In this document: piece by piece, positions 16,520 through 24,999 of the stretch
How the letters are laid out: each line of letters opens with the position of its first letter
Numbering within the stretch: position 1 is the first letter of the stretch
NCBI GenBank assembly: GCA_026224875.1
Contig: JAMFRU010000089.1
Coordinates: forward strand, 50,259 to 114,258
DNA length: 64,000 nucleotides
Direction of reading: 5' to 3'
DNA from: Acidocella sp.
GTDB taxonomy: Bacteria; Pseudomonadota; Alphaproteobacteria; Acetobacterales; Acetobacteraceae
Program-made: the position numbers and the translations under genes
Notes under the pieces: generated by a model
The model's database searches: none
What the model was told of the DNA's origin: nothing
The model's input: only the letters and a program-made list of their open reading frames with translations

Positions 16520-18232
16520 ATGAAAAACAAAATAAAGAACAGATTTGAGTTGGGCGGCTCAACCACGCTAAAAACACCCGCGTTAAAAACGCGGCTTGCG
16601 TCGCGGCTTGCATCACATCGTATAGCGGCCGGCATTGCCGGTGTAATACTGGCCGGAATGCCTCAGCATGTTCGGGCGATGAATCTTTATGATGGCCTGG
16701 CAAAAGGCAATAATCTTGAGATCAACCTGAACGTTACGATCGACTACACTGGGATTGTCAGGACAAACAATCCTTCGTCACGGCTTGCAACGGGGTTTGC
16801 CGGAAATGGCACGGACATCAACGCCAATGGCAATGATGGCGATCTCAATCTGGCCCACGGCGTGGTTTCCGATGAGTTCGAAATTACGCCGATTCTCGAT
16901 ATTAAGGATGGGAATTATGGCGCCCATTTCAGCGCCGATGCCTATTTGAACACAACCTACCTGGGCACGAACCAGAATAATTCGCCATCCTCCAATAACG
17001 CGGTCTATATCGCCAAAAACAATGATTATACCAGTGCGACCAGAAACGTCGAAGGATTGAACGCGCAGGTTCTGGATGCTTTTGTCTATGGCACCCAGCA
17101 TTTTGGCGCGAATGACGATCAGTCATTCACCTTGAAATTCGGGCGCCAGACATTGCTCTGGGGGCAGAGTCTATTCCTCTCAAACAACGGCATCGCCGCC
17201 GGCATGGCGCCGTTTGACGTCATCACCGCGGATAATAATCCAAATGCCGAAACGCAGCAGATCATTCTGCCCGTCGGTCAGGTTGTTGCGACGTACAATC
17301 CCAATCAAATTGTCACATTGCAGGGCTATTATCAGTTTGAATGGGAATCGGATCTGCTTGAAGGTGCCGGGAGTTTTTTCAACCCGGGGGATATTCTGGA
17401 TAAAGGCGGCCAAAGCCTGTATCTTGCCCCGGGCTACCGGGTTCTGCGCGAGAAGAGCATCACCCCGCCGATCAACAACGGCCAGTTTGGTGCGTCCGTT
17501 CAGCTGAGTCTTGGTAATTACGACATCGGTTTTTATGGGTTGCGGTACGATTCAAAAGCGCCGGCGGTTTACCTTGGAGCGGGATACTCTAATTACCGGT
17601 TGGTCTATCCGCGGGATATCTGGATCGAGGGTGCCTCACTATCGACAACTGTTGATGCGATCAATGTGGCGGGTGAGGTTTCGTTCCGGCAGCACATGAA
17701 CCTTGTCACCGGGGTAAATGTTTCGGTCACCAACGATGCCAATTCCAACCCGGCCTACCCGGTGGGCGATACCTGGGCCGGCCAGGTCTCCGCGGTTTAC
17801 GTAACGGCAGGTGTCCCGCTCGATCCTGGCGGGATTACGCTGACAGGCGAAATTGGGTTTAACCATCTGTTGAAGGTGACCCAAAACCAGGAGAACATCT
17901 CCGGTCCTTCGAATGGCGGGCTCTCACGGTCTTCGACGGCAGCGAATATGGAAGCCGTGATCACGCCAACTTATTATGATGTACTGCCGAATCTGGAGCT
18001 CGGCTTTCCGCTCGGCATTACCTATAATATTTATGGCCGTTCAGCGATTGATTCGACTGAGAACCATGGCACAGGATCATTCACCGCCGGTGTGACGGCA
18101 ACCTACAAGGTGACATGGATCGCCGCACTGACGTTTTACGATAATATCGGTGCGGCGAATCCGCTTCTGGCGGGCGAACCCTCCGTGGCCGACCGCAATT
18201 ATGTAATGCTCAACCTTCAGCACGCATTTTGA
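16520..18232 (+). CDS. DUF1302 family protein (predicted outer-membrane beta-barrel)
   Basis: 570 aa with an N-terminal signal-like region. It has Gly/Asn/Tyr-rich alternating segments and ends in ...NLQHAF (the C-terminal aromatic residue typical of OMPs). It sits directly upstream of a DUF1329 gene, the usual pairing. Confidence 0.8.
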   Translation: MKNKIKNRFELGGSTTLKTPALKTRLASRLASHRIAAGIAGVILAGMPQHVRAMNLYDGLAKGNNLEINLNVTIDYTGIVRTNNPSSRLATGFAGNGTDINANGNDGDLNLAHGVVSDEFEITPILDIKDGNYGAHFSADAYLNTTYLGTNQNNSPSSNNAVYIAKNNDYTSATRNVEGLNAQVLDAFVYGTQHFGANDDQSFTLKFGRQTLLWGQSLFLSNNGIAAGMAPFDVITADNNPNAETQQIILPVGQVVATYNPNQIVTLQGYYQFEWESDLLEGAGSFFNPGDILDKGGQSLYLAPGYRVLREKSITPPINNGQFGASVQLSLGNYDIGFYGLRYDSKAPAVYLGAGYSNYRLVYPRDIWIEGASLSTTVDAINVAGEVSFRQHMNLVTGVNVSVTNDANSNPAYPVGDTWAGQVSAVYVTAGVPLDPGGITLTGEIGFNHLLKVTQNQENISGPSNGGLSRSSTAANMEAVITPTYYDVLPNLELGFPLGITYNIYGRSAIDSTENHGTGSFTAGVTATYKVTWIAALTFYDNIGAANPLLAGEPSVADRNYVMLNLQHAF

Positions 18233-18247
18233 AGAAAATGGGACGTA

Positions 18248-19645
18248 ATGAACATGAAAAGACGTAGCTTTAATTTGTTGGCGGGTACGAGCATTCTGGC
18301 CGTCATGGCGTCGGGCAAACGCAGCTTCGCGGATACGCCGGATGCATCTTTGCTCAAGACAACATTGACCCCCATGGGCTCGGAGCGCGCCGGCAATGCC
18401 GCCGGCACAATCCCGGCCTGGACCGGCGGCATGACCGCAACCCCCGCCGGATTCGACTGGGACCCGGCGAAAACGCTGCCGCCCGATTTCTTTGCATCGG
18501 ACGCCATGCTGTATCAGGTCAATGTCTCGAATATGGCGCAATATGCGGACCTGCTCTCCGAAGGTACGCAAACACTGATGAAGAACAAGAAGTTCTACAT
18601 CAAGGTCTATCCCACACATCGCACACAGGCGATGCCGCAATGGATTTATGATAATATTGCTTTGAACGTCACGCGCACCACGCCGCAAGGCGGTGACTAC
18701 CGGCTGGGCTATAACGGCGCTTATGGCGGCTACCCATTCCCCATTCCCGCCAGCGATCCGCTCGCGGCCGGGTACCAGATTTGCTATAATAATGAGGCCC
18801 GCTGGACCGGTTCGTTTCAGCGCCTCACCACCTGCACTTACACGAATGAAAATGGCCAGCCCGTTCTGGCAGAGGCCGCGCGGCTGAATTACCGTTATGG
18901 ATTTTATCAGCAAAACGGCACGGCAGCTACCTACCCTGGTTACTTCTACGATGTGCAGTTGACCGAGTTTGGGCCCGCCACCGCGGCGGGCGATCAAGCG
19001 GTCGGCAGGCAATCGGGCAACCCGACTGCCTATCCGGATGAAAGCTGGGAGTTGTTGAACGGCCAGGGGCGTGTGCGCAAAACGCCGAATCTTTTGTACG
19101 ATACGCCGACTTCCTACACGGATGGCATCGTCAATTACGATGAATATTTCGGCATAAGCGGTCCGTTGGACAGGTATGATTTCAAACTTCAGGGTAAGAA
19201 GGAAATGCTCATACCGTACAACAACAACAAAATATTCACCGGTGCCGGCGCGGCCTTGCATACGCAGGATTTTTTCGATCCCGAATACGTCCGCTGGGAG
19301 CTGCACCGTGTCTGGGTGGTGGAGGCGACACTGCATCCGGGCAAGCGCAATGTTCTGGCCCGGCGCATGCTGTATTTCGATGAGGACAACTGGCAATGCA
19401 TGATTTCGGATGCATGGGATGGTGCCGGCAATATTCTACGCTACCAATATGCATTTGCGGGCAATTTCCCGAATCTTCCCGGCACCATATTCATGGATTC
19501 CATCGCCTATAATCTCCAAACCGGGCAATATGTATCAACCGGCGGGTCATTTGCCGATGCGCCCTTTAACGAGCCGTGGTCGTTCGACCCGGTGCCGGAT
19601 TCAATCTTCGAACCGCAGTCGATGGCTGCTGCTGCCTCGTATTGA
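18248..19645 (+). CDS. DUF1329 family protein (LolA-like periplasmic/outer-membrane-associated)
   Basis: A signal peptide (MNMKRRSFNLLAGTSILAVMASG) is followed by LTPMGSERAGNAAGTIPAWTGG, the hallmark N-terminal motif of this family. Confidence 0.85.
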   Translation: MNMKRRSFNLLAGTSILAVMASGKRSFADTPDASLLKTTLTPMGSERAGNAAGTIPAWTGGMTATPAGFDWDPAKTLPPDFFASDAMLYQVNVSNMAQYADLLSEGTQTLMKNKKFYIKVYPTHRTQAMPQWIYDNIALNVTRTTPQGGDYRLGYNGAYGGYPFPIPASDPLAAGYQICYNNEARWTGSFQRLTTCTYTNENGQPVLAEAARLNYRYGFYQQNGTAATYPGYFYDVQLTEFGPATAAGDQAVGRQSGNPTAYPDESWELLNGQGRVRKTPNLLYDTPTSYTDGIVNYDEYFGISGPLDRYDFKLQGKKEMLIPYNNNKIFTGAGAALHTQDFFDPEYVRWELHRVWVVEATLHPGKRNVLARRMLYFDEDNWQCMISDAWDGAGNILRYQYAFAGNFPNLPGTIFMDSIAYNLQTGQYVSTGGSFADAPFNEPWSFDPVPDSIFEPQSMAAAASY

Positions 19646-19669
19646 ACCTGCGGCCGATGACAGCGAATA

Positions 19670-19702
19670 GCGAACGCCCCGGCCTGAGGCCGGAGCGTTC
19701 GC
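19670..19702 (+). other. GC-rich hairpin in the DUF1329 / propeller intergenic gap
   Basis: GCGAACGCCCCGGCC-TGA-GGCCGGAGCGTTCGC forms about 14 bp of stem with one mismatch. There is no T-tract. Confidence 0.5.
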
Positions 19703-19734
19703 GCCGGACAAAACAAGTGGATACGCCAAATGCC

Positions 19735-20823
19735 ATGAGGGAATTTTCGATACGCATATTTAAACCAATTATTCTTCTTGCCGGTCTGTTTGCCGCGGGT
19801 GCTGCACCCGCGGACACATTATTGGGCCCGGCGAAAATGGCGGCAACAATCGTACGCAACCCGTCGCGGGCATTGCTAATCAGCATCGTGCACGCCGGCA
19901 CCAGGCTCGTGGCGGTAGGTGGCCGCGGCTTGATCATTTACTCTGATGATAACGGCCAAAGCTGGCACCAGGCGGCCGTGCCGACGAGCGAAACGATTAC
20001 GGATGCCGCCTTTGCCGACCCGCTGCATGGCTGGGCCGCCGGGGCCCAAGGTGTGGTGATCCATACGCAGGATGGTGGTGCCAGTTGGCAGTTGCAGTTA
20101 ACGGGAGAGCAGGTGCTGCCTTTGATGACGGCGGCAGCGGCCCGTTTTGCTGCGGCAAACCCTGGATCGGATGCGGCACAGCGCGCTTTGCGCCGTTCCG
20201 CCATCTTCACCCAGGCCGGCCCCAACAAACCGTTTTTAACGATCATGCCGCTCAGCGCGCAATCGGCGATCGTCTTCGGCGCTTACCGGATGACAGTGCT
20301 GACGGCGGATGGCGGAAATACCTGGGTGGATTGGAGCCTGCACGTCGGCGATCCGGTCAGCCACGGCATTTTTGATGCCATCCAGGCCGGCGGGGCGATC
20401 TATCTGGCAGGGGAGGCAGGTGTCGTGCTGCGCTCCGATGACCAGGGTCAGAGTTTTTCGGTTCTCACAAGCCCCGACCCAAGCACGCTGTTCGGCATTT
20501 TGGCGACGCCGAAAGGAACGCTGCTCACATTTGGCGTTGCCGGCGAAGTGTTCAGATCAACCGACCAGGGCAAGACATGGTCGCAGGCGAATATCTCGTC
20601 CGATGCCGATCTGCCAGGCGGCATTATCCTCGCTTCCGGCAATATTCTGGCCGTCAGCGAGGATGGCGGCATGTTCGAGAGCAAAGACGACGGCGCAAGT
20701 TTTAAGAACATTGCCCTTAATGAAGGAATGGCACTGTATGATGTTATTCAAGCCAAAAATGGCAATATTGTATTCGTCGGCGCCAACGGCGTACGTGTTG
20801 AGACGGCCGCTCAATTCAATTAA
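19735..20823 (+). CDS. Secreted Asp-box (BNR) beta-propeller protein, Ycf48/photosystem II assembly factor-like
   Basis: The likely start MREFSIRIFKPIILLAGLFAAGAAPA is a signal peptide. Six S.D.G.(S/T)(W/F) Asp-boxes are present: SDDNGQSW, TQDGGASW, TADGGNTW, SDDQGQSF, STDQGKTW, SKDDGASF. Confidence 0.75.
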   Translation: MREFSIRIFKPIILLAGLFAAGAAPADTLLGPAKMAATIVRNPSRALLISIVHAGTRLVAVGGRGLIIYSDDNGQSWHQAAVPTSETITDAAFADPLHGWAAGAQGVVIHTQDGGASWQLQLTGEQVLPLMTAAAARFAAANPGSDAAQRALRRSAIFTQAGPNKPFLTIMPLSAQSAIVFGAYRMTVLTADGGNTWVDWSLHVGDPVSHGIFDAIQAGGAIYLAGEAGVVLRSDDQGQSFSVLTSPDPSTLFGILATPKGTLLTFGVAGEVFRSTDQGKTWSQANISSDADLPGGIILASGNILAVSEDGGMFESKDDGASFKNIALNEGMALYDVIQAKNGNIVFVGANGVRVETAAQFN

Positions 20824-20974
20824 AATTCGGGTGAATGTGATGCGGCAATATAGAACTGTGACAAGATACTGAACTGACGAAGCAGAGTGCCACGTAAATC
20901 CCATCGCGATGCTGGTGGTTTATAATAAAATTATGCGATGCAAACGGCAGATCGCTGATCTGAGCATCGTTAAG

Positions 20975-21007
20975 GGCGTGAAGCGGGCGTGAAGCGGGCG
21001 TGAAGCG
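20975..21007 (+). repeat. Three perfect tandem copies of the 11-mer GGCGTGAAGCG ending 10 nt before the RND start codon
   Basis: Read directly from the sequence. It is followed by GAAGGAAATT-ATG (RBS and start at 21017). Confidence 0.9.
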
Positions 21008-21016
21008 AAGGAAATT

Positions 21017-23416
21017 ATGACGTTGGATTATAATCAACAGGACATGACCGTGCATGCGGATATCGATGGCTTTGATAAAGCCAGCGGGTCTGTCTTCGAG
21101 AGAATATTGTTCAACAACAGATTGGTGTTTCTGTTGATCTGTCTGGCGATCACGATCTTCCTCGGCAGCAAAGCCATCGACGTGCGCGTGAATGCGGATT
21201 ACAATGATACGATACCGACGCATCAGCCATTCATTCAAAATTACCTGCGGCATTATGATGAATTGCAATCCGAAGCCAATGCCGTGCAGATCGCGGTTAC
21301 GGCAAATCATGGCACGATCATCGATCCGCATTATCTACAAATTTTGCAGGAGATAAATGACGCCGTCTATCTGCTGCCCGGCGTCGACCAGCCCTTCATG
21401 TCATCGCTCTGGACGCCGAATACCCGTTGGATTGCCGTCACCCCGGTGGGTTTTGAAGGCGGACCGGTAATCGATGGCGGCACTTACGATGGCTCGGCGC
21501 AGCAATTGCAGATGGTCAGCCAGAATATTCTGCGCACCGGCAGAATCGGCAGTCTGGTCAGCGATAATTTCCAGTCGAGCATGATCAACGTGCCGCTGCT
21601 GGAGACCAATTACACCACGGGCAAGCCGCTGGACTACGGTAATTTTGCGCGTGAGCTAAACGCTGTCAGAGCCCGCTTCGACAGCCAGGGTGTGACGCTG
21701 CACATCACCGGATTTGCCATGATCGTCGGCGACATGATCAACGGCATCGATAAAATTCTGACATTCTTCACGGCGTCGCTGGTCATCGCGACGCTGTTTC
21801 TGTTCTGGTACACGCGCTGCATCCGCAGCACCTTGCTGGTGGTGCTCGCCTCCCTCACCGCCGTCACCTGGCAAATGGGGGTGCTCTCCCTCGTCGGCTA
21901 CGGGCTCACGCCCTATTCGGTGCTGGTGCCGTTCCTGGTCTTTGCCATAGGCATGAGCCATGGGGCACAAAAGATGAACGGCGTGATGCAGGATATCGGC
22001 CGGGGCACGCATCCGTTTGTCGCCGCGCGCTATACCTTCAGGCGATTGTTTCTTGCCGGCTTCGCGGCATTGATCTGCGATATGACAAGCTTTGCCGTGC
22101 TGATGACCATTCGCATCGCGGCCATTCAGCAACTGGCATTAATCGCAAGCATCGGTGTCGGCATACTGATCATCACCAATCTGATGATGCTGCCGGCAAT
22201 GCTGAGCTATACCGGCGTGAGCAAAGCCGCCGCCTTGCGCTCGCTGAGCAGCACGCCGGCCATTGGCGGGCCACGGCAGAAGCATTTTCTCTGGGAATTT
22301 CTCGATCTGTTCACCACGCGCAAATATGCCACCGGCGCGGTTATCTTCATGGTCATCATCGGTGCGGCCGGCTGGTATATCGGCCGCGGCGTGCAGATCG
22401 GCGATTTGAAACCAGGCGCGCCGGAACTGCGCCAGGATTCCCAGTACAACCGCGATAACGCCTTTATCGTGAAGAATTTCACAACCGGCAGCGATACATT
22501 CATCGTCCTCACGGACACGCCAGTCAGCGGCTGCATCAATTATGACGTGCTTACCACCATGGACCGTCTGCAATGGCAGTTGGAGCAGCTGCCTGTCGTT
22601 GCTTCCACGTCCTCGGCTGGCAGCGTTGCCAGCAATATGTTCATGCTGCTGAGCGAAGGCGCGCCGAAATGGTATGGGCTGGAGCCGACCTATGGGTTGC
22701 TGGGCTCGATGGCGCATACCATGCCCGACGGGCTGCTGAATTTCAGCTGCACTTTCGCGCCGATTTATGTTGCTTTGAAGGATCATAGAGCAAAAAGCCT
22801 CGAAATTGTAACAAATACCGTACAGAGATTCATCGCCAACCCCGCCAATCAGGGGGCCGATTTTAAAATGTCGCTCGCGGGCGGCAATGCCGGCATTGAG
22901 GCCGCCACCAATATCGTTATCCAGCAGGCCAACCGCAACATGCTGCTTTTGGTCTACGCCGTGGTCATCATCTTCTGCCTCATCACCTTCCGCTCCTGGC
23001 GGGCCGTGGTCTGCGCTGTCGTGCCGCTCACCGTTACCTCGCTGCTGGCCCAGGCTTTGATGGTGTGGCTCGGCATCGGCGTGAAAGTGGCGACATTGCC
23101 GGTTACGGCGCTGGGGGTCGGCATCGGCGTGGATTACGCGCTGTACGTGCTCAGCATCATGTTGAAAAATCTGCGCCAGGGCGCGTCATTGTCTGATGCC
23201 TATCATGCCACGCTGCTGTTCACGGGCCGCGTCGTTATCCTTACCGGCGTGACCCTGGCGACAGGTGTGGCGACATGGATTTTTGCTCCCATCAAATTCC
23301 AGGCGGATATGGGCGTGCTTCTGTCGTTCATGTTCCTCTGGAACATGCTGGGAGCGATGATTCTGCTCCCCGCTCTGGCCTATTTCCTGCTTCCGCCGCG
23401 GCTATTTAAGCCCTGA
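21017..23416 (+). CDS. RND-superfamily transporter (MMPL/HpnN-like)
   Basis: 799 aa with two blocks of about 6 TM helices, each preceded by a large soluble loop. The sequence style is typical of the RND permeases that accompany DUF1302/DUF1329. Confidence 0.85.
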   Translation: MTLDYNQQDMTVHADIDGFDKASGSVFERILFNNRLVFLLICLAITIFLGSKAIDVRVNADYNDTIPTHQPFIQNYLRHYDELQSEANAVQIAVTANHGTIIDPHYLQILQEINDAVYLLPGVDQPFMSSLWTPNTRWIAVTPVGFEGGPVIDGGTYDGSAQQLQMVSQNILRTGRIGSLVSDNFQSSMINVPLLETNYTTGKPLDYGNFARELNAVRARFDSQGVTLHITGFAMIVGDMINGIDKILTFFTASLVIATLFLFWYTRCIRSTLLVVLASLTAVTWQMGVLSLVGYGLTPYSVLVPFLVFAIGMSHGAQKMNGVMQDIGRGTHPFVAARYTFRRLFLAGFAALICDMTSFAVLMTIRIAAIQQLALIASIGVGILIITNLMMLPAMLSYTGVSKAAALRSLSSTPAIGGPRQKHFLWEFLDLFTTRKYATGAVIFMVIIGAAGWYIGRGVQIGDLKPGAPELRQDSQYNRDNAFIVKNFTTGSDTFIVLTDTPVSGCINYDVLTTMDRLQWQLEQLPVVASTSSAGSVASNMFMLLSEGAPKWYGLEPTYGLLGSMAHTMPDGLLNFSCTFAPIYVALKDHRAKSLEIVTNTVQRFIANPANQGADFKMSLAGGNAGIEAATNIVIQQANRNMLLLVYAVVIIFCLITFRSWRAVVCAVVPLTVTSLLAQALMVWLGIGVKVATLPVTALGVGIGVDYALYVLSIMLKNLRQGASLSDAYHATLLFTGRVVILTGVTLATGVATWIFAPIKFQADMGVLLSFMFLWNMLGAMILLPALAYFLLPPRLFKP

Positions 23417-23431
23417 ATTAAAATCAATCTT

Positions 23432-24010
23432 TTAACGGTCAGAGCCAACTTTATCAGCACAGCCGAGAGCCAATGGCGAGACTCGATCTTTGCTGGGCCC
23501 CGGCAACCTATCCCCCAGCGCCCCCTGGGCAATACGCACCGGCAGGCTCCGCAGCTTGTTGGCGAAGCGTGTAACAACATGGCTCTGGCCGATCCAGCGC
23601 ACCGGCTTGGCGCCGTTCTCCGTGGTTACCAGATCGCCCGCCTTCAAGGCTTCCACCGCCACCTCGCCTTGCGGTGTGGCGATGCGTGTGCCGGGGTAGA
23701 AGCACAAGGTGATCACGGTGCCGCCGGCAACGTCCGTTACCGTAAAATCGCTTGCGGCGAAGTTCCCCGCGATATTCCCCGCGATATTCAGAGTGTAGGT
23801 CTCGGATGGGTCGGATACGCCGGTCAGAATCAAGGCTCCGCCGGCATAGGCTTCAAGAGACGCCGTAACATTTTCGAGCAGGAGCGAATCGCCAGCGGAG
23901 AAGCCGGTGATGATCTGTCCGTTGTCGAAATCGGCGGCAGCACCGCCGAGTTGCCAGCTGGCACCGCTGTCGAACACAATGCTGGAAAAGCCGGCAAAAC
24001 TACTCCCCAT
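23432..24010 (-). CDS. Hint-domain protein, probably an N- and C-terminally damaged remnant
   Basis: CFYPGTRIATPQGEVAVEALKAGDLVTTENGAKPVRWIG...PVRIAQGALG is the bacterial Hint (Hedgehog/intein-like) module. The frame is open upstream to a TGA at 24116-24118 without an earlier ATG, and the C-terminal end deviates from the usual LP.RDL.VSP.H pattern. Confidence 0.65.
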   Translation of the reverse strand: MGSSFAGFSSIVFDSGASWQLGGAAADFDNGQIITGFSAGDSLLLENVTASLEAYAGGALILTGVSDPSETYTLNIAGNIAGNFAASDFTVTDVAGGTVITLCFYPGTRIATPQGEVAVEALKAGDLVTTENGAKPVRWIGQSHVVTRFANKLRSLPVRIAQGALGDRLPGPSKDRVSPLALGCADKVGSDR

Positions 24011-24195
24011 GTCGAGCGTGCCATCGCCGCCCGCCGCGCTAAATTCATGCGTATTGGCGAAACTCGTGCCGGCAATAACAGCGCCTGAGAAAGATGCGCC
24101 GGTCCCGCTAAAGATTCAAAGTTTTTTTGGGTCTGCGAAGCGCGCGCCACTGGTTCAAGCGCGCTGAGCGGTACTTGTTCACAAAAAGATACTGC

Positions 24196-24891
24196 CTACT
24201 CAGCTAACCCGTCATAAAAAACATGGTTCAACCGCGCCAAAAACACATCCCGTGGCAGCCCGCCGGGCAAAGCCGGGTGGAGCGTCACATACACCTCGCC
24301 CGGGGTTTTGCCGTAGGCCTTACGGCTCCAATGTTTCCCGGAGTTGGTGGCAGCCGGCACCACCGGCACGGTCACCGCATTGGCCAGCAGCACGATGCCG
24401 TTGCGGACCTGGCCGCGCACGCCGTAGGCCATGCGGGTGCCTTCGGGGAAAATAATCACCTGGCGCCCTGCCGCCGCTGATTTGCAGGCGCCGGCCACCA
24501 TTTCGCGCAGGGCCTTGCTGCCGCCGCCGCGATTAACCGGCATCATGCCCGCCGGCTCCAGCAGGCTGCCGAACATGGGGATGCGCTTGAGCTCGCGTTT
24601 GAACACGAAGGCCGGGCGCGGCACAATGGCGAGCCAGATGAGAATATCCAGAGCCGATTGATGCTGGGCGGCGATAATGGCCCCGCCCGGCGGCAGGTTC
24701 TCCAGCCCCTCCACCTTTACATGGATGCCGCAGCACACCCGCAACCCCCAGAGGCAGACGCGCCCCCAGCATTGCGCCACCGGCAGCGCGCCGCCGGGCA
24801 AAAACCGCCCGATGAGCACGCCCCAAAGGCTGAGCAGCGCGCCGCTGCCGAACATGATGATATTGAAGGCGGTGGAGCGGAGCAGTTGCAT
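24196..24891 (-). CDS. plsC: 1-acyl-sn-glycerol-3-phosphate acyltransferase
   Basis: The H(X4)D motif (AAQHQSALD) and the FPEGTR motif are both present. Confidence 0.8.
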   Translation of the reverse strand: MQLLRSTAFNIIMFGSGALLSLWGVLIGRFLPGGALPVAQCWGRVCLWGLRVCCGIHVKVEGLENLPPGGAIIAAQHQSALDILIWLAIVPRPAFVFKRELKRIPMFGSLLEPAGMMPVNRGGGSKALREMVAGACKSAAAGRQVIIFPEGTRMAYGVRGQVRNGIVLLANAVTVPVVPAATNSGKHWSRKAYGKTPGEVYVTLHPALPGGLPRDVFLARLNHVFYDGLAE

Positions 24892-24929
24892 GGCGTAGGT
24901 CTATAGGGTGGCCCGGAGCAACCCGGCAA

Positions 24930-24999
24930 GCCGGTTTACAGGATTGCCCGCAGAAGCGCTGCGAGCCGGTTTACAGGATTGCTCGCAGAAGCGCTGCGA
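24930..24999. repeat. 35-bp tandem duplication (34/35 identical) spanning the stop codon of the ydcF-like gene
   Basis: GCCGGTTTACAGGATTGC(C/T)CGCAGAAGCGCTGCGA occurs twice in tandem. Confidence 0.9.

Noticed and set aside
18077-19396. Long antisense ORFs throughout the GC-rich part. Examples are 18077-19396 minus, 25655-26860 plus, 29728-31149 plus, 36322-37470 plus, 40901-42313 plus, 42163-43446 plus, 50149-51480 plus, 59006-59833 plus and 63104-64000 minus.
   Set aside because: Each lies opposite a gene with clear family motifs. Their translations are Arg/Pro/Ala/Gly-rich low-complexity strings typical of shadow frames in high-GC DNA. None shows a recognisable motif.
23432-24010. The Hint domain as a bona fide intein interrupting a host protein.
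   Set aside because: The flanks show no extein-like conserved host protein and no homing endonuclease. The architecture matches the free-standing bacterial Hint-domain protein family instead.
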